From: an uncultured Gemmatimonadales bacterium
Lineage (GTDB): Bacteria; Gemmatimonadota; Gemmatimonadetes; Longimicrobiales; Gaopeijiaceae
Assembly (NCBI GenBank): GCA_963809895.1
Contig: CAWELD010000003.1
Span: forward strand, 448,001-512,000
Length of the DNA stretch: 64,000 bases
Reading direction: 5' to 3'
Positions within the stretch are counted from its first letter, which is position 1; the number at the start of each line of letters is the position of its first letter. The translations under genes and the position numbers were made by a program. The notes beneath the pieces are model-generated. The model was not told where the DNA came from. It did no database searches and saw only the letters and a list, made by a program, of their open reading frames with translations. Of the stretch, positions 41,057 through 50,863 are shown piece after piece.

Positions 41057-41779
41057 ATGGCCCAGCAGGGTGAGTCCAGGTACCGCCGCGTCCTCCTGAA
41101 GCTGTCGGGCGAGGCGCTGGCCGGTGACCGCGGATTCGGGATCGAGCCGTCGGTGGTGGATCGGCTCACCGACGAGATCAAGGCCATCCACGGCATGGAC
41201 GTCGCGCTGGGTGTGGTCATCGGAGGCGGCAACATCGTCCGGGGAGCGCTGGCGTCGCAGAAAGGCATGGACCGGGTCCAGGCCGACTACATGGGTATGC
41301 TGTCGACGGTCATCAACGCCCTGGCCGTGCAGGATCTCCTGGAGCGGAAGGACGTGGAGGTCCGGGTCATGACCGCCATTCGCATGGAGGAGGTGGCCGA
41401 GCCCTACATCCGGCGCCGCGCCATGCGGCACATGGAGAAGGGGCGGGTGGTGCTCTTCGCCGGCGGCACGGGGAATCCCTACTTCTCCACCGATACCGCG
41501 GCGGTGCTGCGGGCCATCGAGATGGAGTCCGAGGTGGTCATCAAGGCCACGAAGGTCCGGGGCGTGTACAGCGCGGACCCCGCCAAGCATCCCGACGCCG
41601 AGTTTCTCCCGTCGATCTCGTTTCACGAGGTCATGACCCGCGAGCTCGCGGTCATGGACGCGGCAGCGGTTTCGCTGTGCAAGGAGAACGGGCTTCCCAT
41701 CATCGTCCTCAACCTGGAGGACCGCGGCGCCGTGACCGCCGCCATCCGCGGCGAGCGGGTGGGAACCTTCGTCTCGTGA
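41057..41779 (+). CDS. pyrH: Uridylate kinase
   Basis: RVLLKLSGEAL, GGGNIVRG, GTGNPYFSTDTAA. Confidence 0.97.
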   Translation: MAQQGESRYRRVLLKLSGEALAGDRGFGIEPSVVDRLTDEIKAIHGMDVALGVVIGGGNIVRGALASQKGMDRVQADYMGMLSTVINALAVQDLLERKDVEVRVMTAIRMEEVAEPYIRRRAMRHMEKGRVVLFAGGTGNPYFSTDTAAVLRAIEMESEVVIKATKVRGVYSADPAKHPDAEFLPSISFHEVMTRELAVMDAAAVSLCKENGLPIIVLNLEDRGAVTAAIRGERVGTFVS

Positions 41780-41870
41780 GCCGATGTCGGACGGGGGTGG
41801 GGGCGCAGGCGCCCACCACACTAGATTACTCAGCCGAACCACATCTGCCGCCTACTGGAGGAGATGCCAG

Positions 41871-42422
41871 ATGCCGTCGCTGAAGGAAGCCAAGAGCCGC
41901 ATGGACGACGCACTCGACGCGCTGCGCCGGGAGTTTGCCACGGTCCGCACGGGCAAGGCGAACCCATCGCTCCTGGACACGGTGCGGGTGGACGCCTACG
42001 GATCGAAGATGCCGCTGAATCAGGTCGCGACCATCTCCACGCCGGACGCATCGCTCCTTCTCGTCCAGCCCTTCGACCGCAGCCTCATCGGCGATATCGA
42101 ACGGGGTATCCAGATGGCGGACCTGGGCTTGAATCCGGCCAATGACGGGAACGTCATCCGCATTCCCATTCCGCCGCTCACCGAGGAGCGGCGCAGGGAA
42201 TTCGTGAAGCTTCTCCACAAGATGGCCGAAGAGGGTCGGGTCTCGATCCGGCATGCGCGCAAGGTCGCCCGGGACGACATCCAGAACCGCATGAAGGAGC
42301 ACGAGATCGGTGAGGACGCCGGGCATCGTCAGCTGGACGAAGTGGAGCGGCTGACCCACGAGTTCAACGACAAGCTCGAGGAGCTCCTGAAGCGCAAGGA
42401 GCAGGAGGTCATGGCTGTGTGA
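41871..42422 (+). CDS. frr: Ribosome recycling factor
   Basis: VRTGKANPSLLD, LGLNPANDG, IPPLTEERRRE. Confidence 0.97.
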   Translation: MPSLKEAKSRMDDALDALRREFATVRTGKANPSLLDTVRVDAYGSKMPLNQVATISTPDASLLLVQPFDRSLIGDIERGIQMADLGLNPANDGNVIRIPIPPLTEERRREFVKLLHKMAEEGRVSIRHARKVARDDIQNRMKEHEIGEDAGHRQLDEVERLTHEFNDKLEELLKRKEQEVMAV

Positions 42423-43183
42423 CAGCCGGACACCCTCGCTCCATGGATTCCCAGCTTCTGGACCGCATCCGGTGTGCGCAGGACATTCCCGCGCACGTGG
42501 CGGTCATCATGGACGGCAACGGACGGTGGGCGCGACAGCGCGGCCTTCCGAGACAGGCGGGACACCGGCAGGGAATGGAGGCGGTGCGCGAGGTGGTGGA
42601 GGGCGCGGTGGAGGTGGGGATCGGCGTGCTGACCCTGTTCGCCTTCAGCACCGAGAACTGGTACCGTCCCAGAGACGAGATCGGCGCCCTCATGGGCCTC
42701 CTGCGCCTCTACGCCGGCAAGGAGCGGCGCTCCCTCCGCCGGCAGGACGTGGAGGTGCACGTGCTGGGCGAGCTCGATCGGCTGGACGACGCCACGCGCA
42801 GGGCCGTGGACGACCTGGTGGCCGGCACCCGCGGAGGACAAACGCTGAGGCTCAACCTCATGATCTCGTACAGCGGTCGGGAGGAGCTCTTGCGGGCTGC
42901 GCGGATTCTGGCGCGCCGAGCGGTGGCTGGCGAGATCGAACCCGACGATCTGGACGAGCAGGACGTGAGCGACGTCCTCTTCACCCGCGACATACCCGAT
43001 CCGGACCTTCTCATCCGGACCTCCGGTGAGCAGCGCATCTCCAACTTCATGCTCTGGCAGCTCGCCTATACGGAGTTGCACACCTCGCCCGTTTTGTGGC
43101 CCGATTTCACGCGTGAGGATCTCTACCGGGCCGTCCTCGATTTCCAGAGTCGGGAGCGGCGCTTCGGCCGCGTGAGCACGTAG
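42419..43183 (+). CDS. uppS: Undecaprenyl diphosphate synthase
   Basis: HVAVIMDGNGRWA, FAFSTENWYRP, DLLIRTSGEQRISNFMLWQ. Confidence 0.96.
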   Translation: MTAGHPRSMDSQLLDRIRCAQDIPAHVAVIMDGNGRWARQRGLPRQAGHRQGMEAVREVVEGAVEVGIGVLTLFAFSTENWYRPRDEIGALMGLLRLYAGKERRSLRRQDVEVHVLGELDRLDDATRRAVDDLVAGTRGGQTLRLNLMISYSGREELLRAARILARRAVAGEIEPDDLDEQDVSDVLFTRDIPDPDLLIRTSGEQRISNFMLWQLAYTELHTSPVLWPDFTREDLYRAVLDFQSRERRFGRVST

Positions 43184-43191
43184 CGCCCACC

Positions 43192-44076
43192 ATGCCGTCG
43201 CCCAGAGGAGATCTCGCGCGCCGGATGGCGGTGGCCATCGTCGGCATTCCCGTGGTCCTGGGGGCCCTGTACCTGGGCGGGTGGACGCTGGGTGTGCTCA
43301 TGGCGCTGGTGGCCGGCGTGGCCACGGCGGAGTTCTATGCGCTCGGCCGAGCGAGAGGTGCTCGGCCCTTCGCCCTCGTGGGCGTCACGGCCAGCATGGG
43401 CCTCGTCCTCCTGGCCGCTTGGGCCCCGGCCGTCGTGGAGCTGGCGCCGGCGGCCTTCGTGCTGGTCATCGCCTTGGCGCTGGGCCTTCCGGCGCTGTCC
43501 GTGTGGTCACGCTGGCCCGGCGGCACTCCGGCGCAGGACTCGGCCGTCACGCTGCTCGGTGTCCTGTACGTCGGTGGCGCCCTGGCCTTCGTGCCCATCC
43601 TGCGGGCGCTCCCCACCGCCCTGATTCCCGAGCTGGGGAGCCGCTGGTGGGCCGGCGCCTTCGTCCTCTTGCCGCTGCTGGCGACGTGGGCTGGCGACTC
43701 GGCGGCCTACTTCGTGGGCCGGGCCGTGGGCCGACACAAGCTGGCGCCTCTGGCCAGCCCCGGGAAGACGGTGGAAGGGGCGTTGGCGGGGTTGGCGGGC
43801 GCCGCCCTCGCCGGCGCCGCGCTGGTGGGATGGTCCGGGGCGAACCTGGAAGCCCTGAACCTGGGTCCCGTCGCGGGCGCCTGGATGGGGCTGGTGGTGG
43901 GTGCCGCCGCGCAGGTGGGCGATCTCGCCGAGTCGGTTCTGAAGCGAGAGGCCGGGGTGAAGGATTCCGGGCGGCTGCTCCCCGGTCACGGAGGGATGCT
44001 GGACCGGGTCGACTCCCTGCTGTTCGCGTTCCCGGTGACGTGGACGCTCCTGGCCGCCATGGGGATGGCGTCGTGA
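43192..44076 (+). CDS. cdsA: Phosphatidate cytidylyltransferase
   Basis: WAGDSAAYFVG, SPGKTVEG, GDLAESVLKREAGVKDSG, GHGGMLDRVDS. Confidence 0.95.
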   Translation: MPSPRGDLARRMAVAIVGIPVVLGALYLGGWTLGVLMALVAGVATAEFYALGRARGARPFALVGVTASMGLVLLAAWAPAVVELAPAAFVLVIALALGLPALSVWSRWPGGTPAQDSAVTLLGVLYVGGALAFVPILRALPTALIPELGSRWWAGAFVLLPLLATWAGDSAAYFVGRAVGRHKLAPLASPGKTVEGALAGLAGAALAGAALVGWSGANLEALNLGPVAGAWMGLVVGAAAQVGDLAESVLKREAGVKDSGRLLPGHGGMLDRVDSLLFAFPVTWTLLAAMGMAS

Positions 44077-45242
44077 TCCGGATCGCGATCCTGGGCTCCA
44101 CGGGGTCCATCGGTCGTTCGGCCCTCGAAGTCGTGAGCCGGCATCCCGAGCGATTCCGGGTGGTGGCGCTGTCGGCGCACCGCTCCGTAGGCGTCCTCGC
44201 GGAGCAGGCGCGGCGGGTCCGGCCCGAGGTGGTGGCCGTGGCCGATCCGGAAGCCCCGGGCACCCGGGAAGGGCGCCACGAAGGGGTGGAGTGGTGCTCC
44301 GGGCGCGACGCCGTGGTGGAGCTGGTCCGCCGACCCGATGTCGACGTCGTGGTGAACGCGCTCGTGGGCTCCGCCGGCCTGGAGCCGACGCTGGCGGCCC
44401 TGCAAGCCGGCAAGCGACTCGCACTGGCCAACAAGGAGTCCCTGGTGGCGGGTGGCCCGCTGGTGCTGGAGGCCGCCCGCGCCGGGGGCGGCGAGCTGGT
44501 GCCCATCGACTCCGAGCATTCCGCCATCCTGCAGTGCCTGGAGGGTCGCAGCGTCGACACCGTGGCGCGCCTCGTCCTGACGGCGTCGGGAGGTCCCTTT
44601 CGCGGGTGGAACCCGGAGCGCCTCGCCGACGTACGTCCCTCCGAGGCGTTGCAGCACCCCACCTGGGACATGGGCGCCAAGATCACCATCGATTCGGCGA
44701 CGCTGGCCAACAAGGCGCTGGAGGTGATCGAGGCCCACTTCCTCTACGGCATGAGCTACGACGACATCGACGTGGTGGTGCATCCTCAGTCCATCGTCCA
44801 TTCCTTCGTCGAGTTCGTGGACGGCTCGGTTCTCGCGCAGGTGGGAAACCCCACCATGGAGCTCCCCATCCTGTACGCCCTCAGCTACCCGGAGCGGGTG
44901 GCCGATCACGCGCTCCGCACATACGATCCGGTGGCGACATCGCCCCTCACCTTCGAGGCGATCGACCACGGCTCGTTTCCCATGTTCGGCGTGGGTGTCG
45001 GCGCGGGGCGCCGTGGTGGCCTGGCACCGGCCGTGTTCAACGCGGCCAACGAGGTGGCGGTGCAGGCGTTCCTGCAGGAACGGTTGCGCTTTCCGGACAT
45101 GGCCGCCGTCGTGGAGACCGCGTTGGCACGGGTCGGGGGGGAGGCGGGTACCGTACGAGATGTTCTGGACGCAGACCGGGAGGCTCGGATCGTGGCTGGT
45201 GAGGCCGTGGCCGGGATGACAGCGAGCGGGGGAACGGCATGA
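44073..45242 (+). CDS. dxr: 1-deoxy-D-xylulose-5-phosphate reductoisomerase
   Basis: ILGSTGSIG, LANKESLV, PIDSEHSAI, HPTWDMGAKITIDSAT; GTG overlaps the cdsA stop. Confidence 0.96.
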   Translation: MIRIAILGSTGSIGRSALEVVSRHPERFRVVALSAHRSVGVLAEQARRVRPEVVAVADPEAPGTREGRHEGVEWCSGRDAVVELVRRPDVDVVVNALVGSAGLEPTLAALQAGKRLALANKESLVAGGPLVLEAARAGGGELVPIDSEHSAILQCLEGRSVDTVARLVLTASGGPFRGWNPERLADVRPSEALQHPTWDMGAKITIDSATLANKALEVIEAHFLYGMSYDDIDVVVHPQSIVHSFVEFVDGSVLAQVGNPTMELPILYALSYPERVADHALRTYDPVATSPLTFEAIDHGSFPMFGVGVGAGRRGGLAPAVFNAANEVAVQAFLQERLRFPDMAAVVETALARVGGEAGTVRDVLDADREARIVAGEAVAGMTASGGTA

Positions 45243-46598
45243 CAATCGTCGCCACCATCATCTTGCTGGGCGTGCTGATCTTCGTGCACGAGCTGGGGCA
45301 CTTCGCCGCCGCCAAGGCGGTGGGCGTGGAGGTGCAGCGCTTCTCCATCGGTCTCGGACCCCGCCTCTGGGGCGTGCGCCGGGGAGAGACCGAATACGTC
45401 ATCTCCGCCATCCCCCTGGGTGGGTACGTGAAGATGGGCGGCATGGACGACGAGGTCATGGAGCGACTCGAAGGAGGCGCCCCCGACGAGCCGCGCACGC
45501 CCGGTCCCCGGGACTTCGACGCCAAGCCTCTGTGGGCCCGGGCGTTCGTCATCTCGGCCGGCGTCATCATGAACATGCTGTTCGCCTTCGCGACCTACAC
45601 CTTCGTCGCCGGCGTGTGGGGATTCCAGGATTTCGCCACCAACCGTGTGGCCGAGGTGCGCACGTCGGTGCTGCCCGACGGCACCGAGGCGCTGGGCACG
45701 ATTCCTCCGGGCGCTCGGGTCGTCGGGGTGAACGACGTCTCGGTGGAGACCTGGGCCGATCTCCGTGAGGCGTTCATGAATGCGCCCGTGGGCGATGCGC
45801 GGGTGACCCTGGCCGATCCGGCCAGGACCCTCCAGATCCAGGTGCCGGCCAGCGAGGCAGCCCGGCAGCGCATGATGGCCGCCATGGCCCCGTGGGTGGA
45901 GGCGGAGCTCGGGAGCGTCAATCCCGGCTCCCCGGCGGCCAAGGGGGGGCTCGAGGCCGGCGACCGCATCGAGCAGGTGGACGGTGAGCCCATCGCCAAC
46001 TGGTACGCGTTCGTGCGGGCCATCCAGTCCCGACCCAGCGAGCGCACCGGAGATCCAGGTCGATCGAGACGGCACGCGGCTCACCCGCGTCGTGACGCCC
46101 GAGCCCACCAGCCAGCAGGACCCGGTGACCGGCGAGGACCGCAGGGTGGGTGCCATCGGCGTGGCCATCCCCCTGACGGACATGGTCCACTCCCACGCGG
46201 CGCCCCTGGACGCGCTTCGCTACGGGTGGAACCAGACGGTGGCGATCACGGCGACGATCCTCGGGTTCCTGCGCGACCTCGTGTCGGGTGGGGTGTCGCC
46301 CCGTTCGGTGGGGAGCATCGTCACCATCGGAGAGGCCTCGGGTCAGGCGGCGGCCGCCGGCATCGAGATGTTCCTGCAGTTCATGGCGCTTTTCTCCGTC
46401 AACCTGGCGGTCCTGAACCTGCTTCCCATCCCGGTGCTCGACGGAGGACATCTCCTCTTCCTGGCCATCGAGGGGGTGCGCGGTCGTGCGCTGTCGGTGG
46501 AGCAGCGGCTGCGCTGGTCCAACGTGGGATTCCTGATCGTCATGGGGATCATGCTGTGGGCGCTGGGGAACGACGTGCTCAGGCTGTTCGGCCTGTAG
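45239..46598 (+). pseudogene. rseP: RIP metalloprotease RseP with a +1 frameshift near 46048 (probably an assembly error)
   Basis: HELGH, IPLGGYVKM and PDZ in the first frame; NLAVLNLLPIPVLDGGH in the second. Junction GAG CGC ACC G GAG ATC CAG. Confidence 0.9.
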
Positions 46599-46618
46599 CC
46601 ACCGGCGCCCTCACGGGA

Positions 46619-47440
46619 TCACAGGAAGCTCAGCTGCGGAGGACCGGCGCTCCGGTGCAGGGCCTCCACGTCCATGGGGCCGGTGGGCTCGTCCTGACCG
46701 GCCACCGCCAGCACGCCCTGCCAACCGGCGTCACGGAGGGCACGACCCACGACGTCGCGGGCGAGCTCGGGGTGGTTGGACTCGTGGGACAGGTGGGCGA
46801 GCACCACCGCCACCAGCCGCGGATGGAGGAGCTCGAGGACGAAGCGGGCGGCCGCCTCGTTGGACAGGTGGCCGTGGCTCGAGCGGATGCGCGCTTTCAC
46901 CGACCACGGATACGGGGCCTGCTGGAGCAGGACCTCGTCGTGGTTGGCTTCCAGGATCAGCGCGTCACACCCCGACAGGGCGTGGCGGATCTGCTCGGTG
47001 GGTCGCCCCAGGTCGGTGGCGAGGCCCAGGCGCAGGCTGCGGCGCTCGTCCACCACGGCCACACCCACCGGGTCGGCGGCGTCGTGCACCGTGAGAAAGG
47101 GCTCGATGCGCAGACCTCCGATCCGGAACGGGCGCCCGGGCCGGTACGAGACCACACGCTCGTGACCCCGCAGCAGGCGGTCGCAGGCTTCGCGGGTGCG
47201 GTCGGAGAGGTACAGCGGCGTGCCGTGCCTGCGCGCGAAGACCCCCATGCCCCGGGTGTGGTCGCCGTGATCGTGGGTCACCACGATGCCGTGGAGGTCG
47301 TCGGGGTCGACGCCGATGCTCTCGAGACGGCGAGCCAGGGATCGGGCGCTGAAGCCCGCATCCACGAGGATGCGGGTTCCGTCTGCTTCCACCAGCGTGG
47401 CGTTTCCCCGGCTACCGCTCCCGAGCACCGCGAACTTCAC
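46619..47440 (-). CDS. MBL-fold metallo-hydrolase (YycJ/WalJ-like)
   Basis: LGSGSRGNA, THDHGDH, HDAADP, EANHD, GHLSN, LAHLS. Confidence 0.9.
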   Translation of the reverse strand: MKFAVLGSGSRGNATLVEADGTRILVDAGFSARSLARRLESIGVDPDDLHGIVVTHDHGDHTRGMGVFARRHGTPLYLSDRTREACDRLLRGHERVVSYRPGRPFRIGGLRIEPFLTVHDAADPVGVAVVDERRSLRLGLATDLGRPTEQIRHALSGCDALILEANHDEVLLQQAPYPWSVKARIRSSHGHLSNEAAARFVLELLHPRLVAVVLAHLSHESNHPELARDVVGRALRDAGWQGVLAVAGQDEPTGPMDVEALHRSAGPPQLSFL

Positions 47441-48651
47441 GGTGTTCCGTGCTCCCCTCGCCAGGCCCGCTCCAGGGCCGCCAGGACTCCGGGGGTGAGA
47501 TTCTGGCCACGTCGGGACATGGCGGCTCGGGCCACCTCGACGAACTTGTCCAGCCGGTAGGGGACCAGGCCGTCGGCGCCTCCCCAGGAGAAGGGCGGCA
47601 CGCGGCGAGGAGCCGTCCCGCCGCCGAAGAGGTTGGAGCCCGCGCCCACCACGGCGCCGGTGGTGAGGAGCGTACCGATGCCGGTCTTGACGTGGTCGCC
47701 GAGGAACACGCCCACCTTGAGCAGACCGGTGTCCTCCTCGCCGTCGGGGAGCTCGATCCGAACCGCCGAGTAGCTGTTCTTGAGGTCCGAGTTCGTGGTG
47801 AGGGCGCCCAGATTGACCCAGCGACCCACCAGGGCGTGGCCCAGGTAGCCGTCGTGGGCCTTGTTCACGTAACCCAGGAGAACCGCGCAGTCCACCTCAC
47901 CACGGAGACGGCACACCGGGCCGGCCGAAAGCCGCGCCAGTGATCCCCCGTGCACACGGGTGTGCGCCCCCAGGTGCAACGGACCCACCAGGCGCCCGGG
48001 CCCTTCGACGTGGACCCCCTCCTCCAGGCGGATGGGGCCCCCGCGCGTGTCCAGCACGACACCGGCTTCGACGTGGGCCCCCGCCGCCATGGACAGCGCG
48101 TGGTCACCCAGGCGCACCGTGGCGCCCGGTGTGCCGGCATCGTCGTCACCGTAGAGCGCTTCCAGGTCTTCGGCGAGACGGCGCGTGTTGCGGGCCACCA
48201 GGGTCCAGGGCCAGTCCAGGATCTCGCCCTCGACCTCGCGCGCGGGGCCGGTGGTGTGACCCGTGGGATCGTCGAGGGCGGCGGACGGGGGAGCCGGCTG
48301 TCCGGCCGGGACCACCCAGCCCACCGTGGTGTCGCCGACCCGCAGGGTGGTAGGCTCCGGATCCCTGGGGATGTCGAGTCTCGACAGGCACACGGCGCGG
48401 CTGGACCAGAAGACCCGAGCCCGGTCCGTGGGCGCGGCCCCGCGCGAGCCCGCCTGCGGCGCCCCGTCTTCGTCCCACCCCTCGAGGCGCGTTCCAGCGA
48501 GGTGAAGCACACAGGGAAGGGACAACGCACGCTCCACGCGCTCGCGCAGGAGAAAGGCGCCGTAGCGGAGCTCGCCCACGGGGCGCGTGTCCGCGAACGG
48601 CGCCCAGCGCCGGGCCCGCACGTCGTCGAAGAGGATCAGATCCGTGGTCAA
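47437..48651 (-). CDS. Putative sugar nucleotidyltransferase/acetyltransferase (GlmU-like, hexapeptide repeats)
   Basis: TTG start overlapping the upstream stop; TRPVGELRYG, NKAHDGYLGHALVGRWVNLGALTTNSDLKN, GDHVKTGIGT. Confidence 0.82.
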   Translation of the reverse strand: MTTDLILFDDVRARRWAPFADTRPVGELRYGAFLLRERVERALSLPCVLHLAGTRLEGWDEDGAPQAGSRGAAPTDRARVFWSSRAVCLSRLDIPRDPEPTTLRVGDTTVGWVVPAGQPAPPSAALDDPTGHTTGPAREVEGEILDWPWTLVARNTRRLAEDLEALYGDDDAGTPGATVRLGDHALSMAAGAHVEAGVVLDTRGGPIRLEEGVHVEGPGRLVGPLHLGAHTRVHGGSLARLSAGPVCRLRGEVDCAVLLGYVNKAHDGYLGHALVGRWVNLGALTTNSDLKNSYSAVRIELPDGEEDTGLLKVGVFLGDHVKTGIGTLLTTGAVVGAGSNLFGGGTAPRRVPPFSWGGADGLVPYRLDKFVEVARAAMSRRGQNLTPGVLAALERAWRGEHGTP

Positions 48652-49742
48652 GGCGTGTCGCTCCCGCCGTCGGGCGCACGCAGCAGGTCGTCGGGAAGTT
48701 GCTCGAGCAGGACCTTGAGATCCGGTGCGCGCTCCCGTCGAGTGACCAGGGTGACCCCTGCGGTCCGCACGACCACGAGGTCGTCCACGTCGAAGAGCAC
48801 GACGGCGCCGTCGTCGGCGTAGGTCACGTTGTCGCGGGCGTCCACGCACACGGCCCGTCCCAGGGAGACGTTGCCGCACGCATCGGCGTTCCGGGTCCGC
48901 GCCAGCGCCTCCCAGTTGCCCACGTCGTCCCACGTGAAGGTGCACGGAATGGACGCGACGCGCCGGCTCCGTTCCAGGACGGCCACGTCCACCGTGACGG
49001 ACGGGCAGGCCTCGAAGAAGCCGTCCACGTCGTTCCGGTCCAGGAGAGACAGGTGAGTGGCCACCTCCGGCGCGTGCTGCCGAACCTCGTCCAGAAACGT
49101 GTCCGCCCTCCAGATGAAGATCCCCGTGTTCCACAGGTAGCCTTCGGCCACGTAGCGGCCCGCGGTCTCCACGTCGGGCTTCTCGTGGAAGGCCGCCACG
49201 CGCACGGCGGATCCCTTTCCGGGCTCGACCGCCTCTCCCGGCTGGATGTAGCCGTATCCGGTCTCGGGCCGGTCCGGCACCGCGCCCACCGTAACCAGGA
49301 GGCGGTGAGCGCTGGCGAGAGTGGCCGCCTCCCGCAGCAGGGCGAGGAAGGCCGGCTCGGGCCGGACCAGGTGGTCGGCGTGGAGCGAGATGAGAACCGC
49401 GTCGGGATCGTCGCGCAGCAACGCGTGGGCGGCCCAGGCCAGCACCGGCGCGGTGCCGCGAGCCGTGGGCTCCACCAGGAACGACCCTTCGTCCAGCTCG
49501 GGAAGCACGCTTCGGAACGGACCCACCAGATGGCGTCCGGTGAGGATGCGCACGCGTCGGTCCGGGACCAGGCCCCGCGCCCGCTCCACCGTGTCCACGA
49601 TCAGCGGGCGCGCGGAGGCCAGGGGCAGGAGCTGCTTGGGGCGTGATGGCGTGCTGGCGGGCCAGAAGCGGGACCCGATGCCTCCGGCGAGGATGGTGAC
49701 CCAGGCGTGGTCAGCGGGCCAGGAGCTCTCGGATGCGGGCAA
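48648..49742 (-). CDS. manC: Mannose-1-phosphate guanylyltransferase
   Basis: ILAGGIGSRFWPASTPSRPKQ, PETGYGYI, FHEKPD, WNTGIF, WDDVGNW. Confidence 0.93.
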   Translation of the reverse strand: MPASESSWPADHAWVTILAGGIGSRFWPASTPSRPKQLLPLASARPLIVDTVERARGLVPDRRVRILTGRHLVGPFRSVLPELDEGSFLVEPTARGTAPVLAWAAHALLRDDPDAVLISLHADHLVRPEPAFLALLREAATLASAHRLLVTVGAVPDRPETGYGYIQPGEAVEPGKGSAVRVAAFHEKPDVETAGRYVAEGYLWNTGIFIWRADTFLDEVRQHAPEVATHLSLLDRNDVDGFFEACPSVTVDVAVLERSRRVASIPCTFTWDDVGNWEALARTRNADACGNVSLGRAVCVDARDNVTYADDGAVVLFDVDDLVVVRTAGVTLVTRRERAPDLKVLLEQLPDDLLRAPDGGSDTP

Positions 49743-50112
49743 GGAGCTTCTTCGGGCTGAAGGGCTTGGTGACGAAATCGGCGGCGCCGAGGGCGAAGGC
49801 CCTCTCCCGGTCGGCGTCCTGTCCCTTGGCGGTGAGAATGACCACCGGGAGGTCGGCCCGGAAGGGTAACCCGGGCAACTCGGCCAGAACCTCGAGGCCG
49901 GTGTATCCGGGCATCATGAGATCCAGCAGGACCAGGTCGTAGGGCCGGTCCTGGTCGCGCAGACGCTCCAGGGCCTCGATCCCGTCCGACGCCGAATCCA
50001 CATCGAAGGAAGCCGTCTCCAGCAGGGTGGCGAGGACGCGTCGAATGTGCGGCTCGTCGTCTGCCACCAGGACGTGAGGCCTGCCGGAGCGGTCTTCGTC
50101 GGATGGATCCAT
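49711..50112 (-). CDS. Single-domain response regulator
   Basis: VADDE, LLDLMMP, LTAKG, FVTKPFSP. Confidence 0.92.
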   Translation of the reverse strand: MDPSDEDRSGRPHVLVADDEPHIRRVLATLLETASFDVDSASDGIEALERLRDQDRPYDLVLLDLMMPGYTGLEVLAELPGLPFRADLPVVILTAKGQDADRERAFALGAADFVTKPFSPKKLLARIRELLAR

Positions 50113-50149
50113 GCGAGTCTCCCTTTACGCTCCGGATCGACGGCGCGGG

Positions 50150-50178
50150 AACCTACCCGCGGGGTGGTGTAAAGTCAA
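50150..50178 (-). promoter_or_regulatory. Putative sigma-70 promoter for the receiver-manC operon
   Basis: Minus strand TTGACT (50178-73), 17 bp, TAGGTT (50155-50). Confidence 0.65.
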
Positions 50179-50200
50179 GCAACGCCGCGGCTTTTCGGGG

Positions 50201-50230
50201 TTGACACTTCTCGCTCTGCTCCGGTAGTCT
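50201..50230 (+). promoter_or_regulatory. Putative sigma-70 promoter for the lipoprotein-serS operon
   Basis: TTGACA (50201-06), 18 bp, TAGTCT (50225-30). Confidence 0.65.
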
Positions 50231-50275
50231 TGTCCCTCCCTTTCGGGTTCTGTTCTGATGATATCGGGTCCGTCC

Positions 50276-50851
50276 ATGACGTTCCGAACTCGCCGCGCGC
50301 TGCCGGCGCTGCTGGCCCTGCTCGTCGCTGCCGCCTCGCTGGGCGCCTGCAACGACGATCCTTTCGGGCTGGGCAACTGGGTGGCCTCTCCAGACACCCT
50401 CGTTCTGTATTCCCTGGCTCGGCCCGAGCTCAACCGGCCGTCGGGCGTGAATTTCTACAACAAGCGGACGCTCATCATCGAGTCGCCGTCCGCCACGGGT
50501 CAGTGGGATCTCGCCCTGGACACGCGTGAAGGAGAGCTGGTCTTCCTCACGCCGTTGGCGTTGGGCATCACTTCGCGCGCTCGCATCGCGAGCTTTCCCA
50601 ACATGCACTTCGACGACCTCACCAAGGCGCCCTCGGACACCACGGCCTACGTGGCCGACGAGCCGGTGCCGGTGGAGCTGAACACGGTCTACGTCGTGCG
50701 CACCAACCAGTACACGGGCACGTACGGCCAGCGCTGTGTCTACTACGCAAAGCTCGAGCCGCTGGTCCTGGACGTGGAGCAGGGCACCGTCCGCTTCGTC
50801 GTGGACTCGAACCCGATCTGCAACCAGCGCGACCTGGTTCCCCCGAACTAG
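50276..50851 (+). CDS. Hypothetical lipoprotein
   Basis: Signal MTFRTRRALPALLALLVAAASLGA-C (lipobox LGAC); two further Cys near the C-terminus. Confidence 0.8.
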   Translation: MTFRTRRALPALLALLVAAASLGACNDDPFGLGNWVASPDTLVLYSLARPELNRPSGVNFYNKRTLIIESPSATGQWDLALDTREGELVFLTPLALGITSRARIASFPNMHFDDLTKAPSDTTAYVADEPVPVELNTVYVVRTNQYTGTYGQRCVYYAKLEPLVLDVEQGTVRFVVDSNPICNQRDLVPPN

Positions 50852-50863
50852 CGCTGCCAGCCC

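Noticed and set aside
45239..47560. 773-aa RseP fusion ORF
   Set aside because: Product of the frameshift; the tail is antisense to the MBL hydrolase gene.
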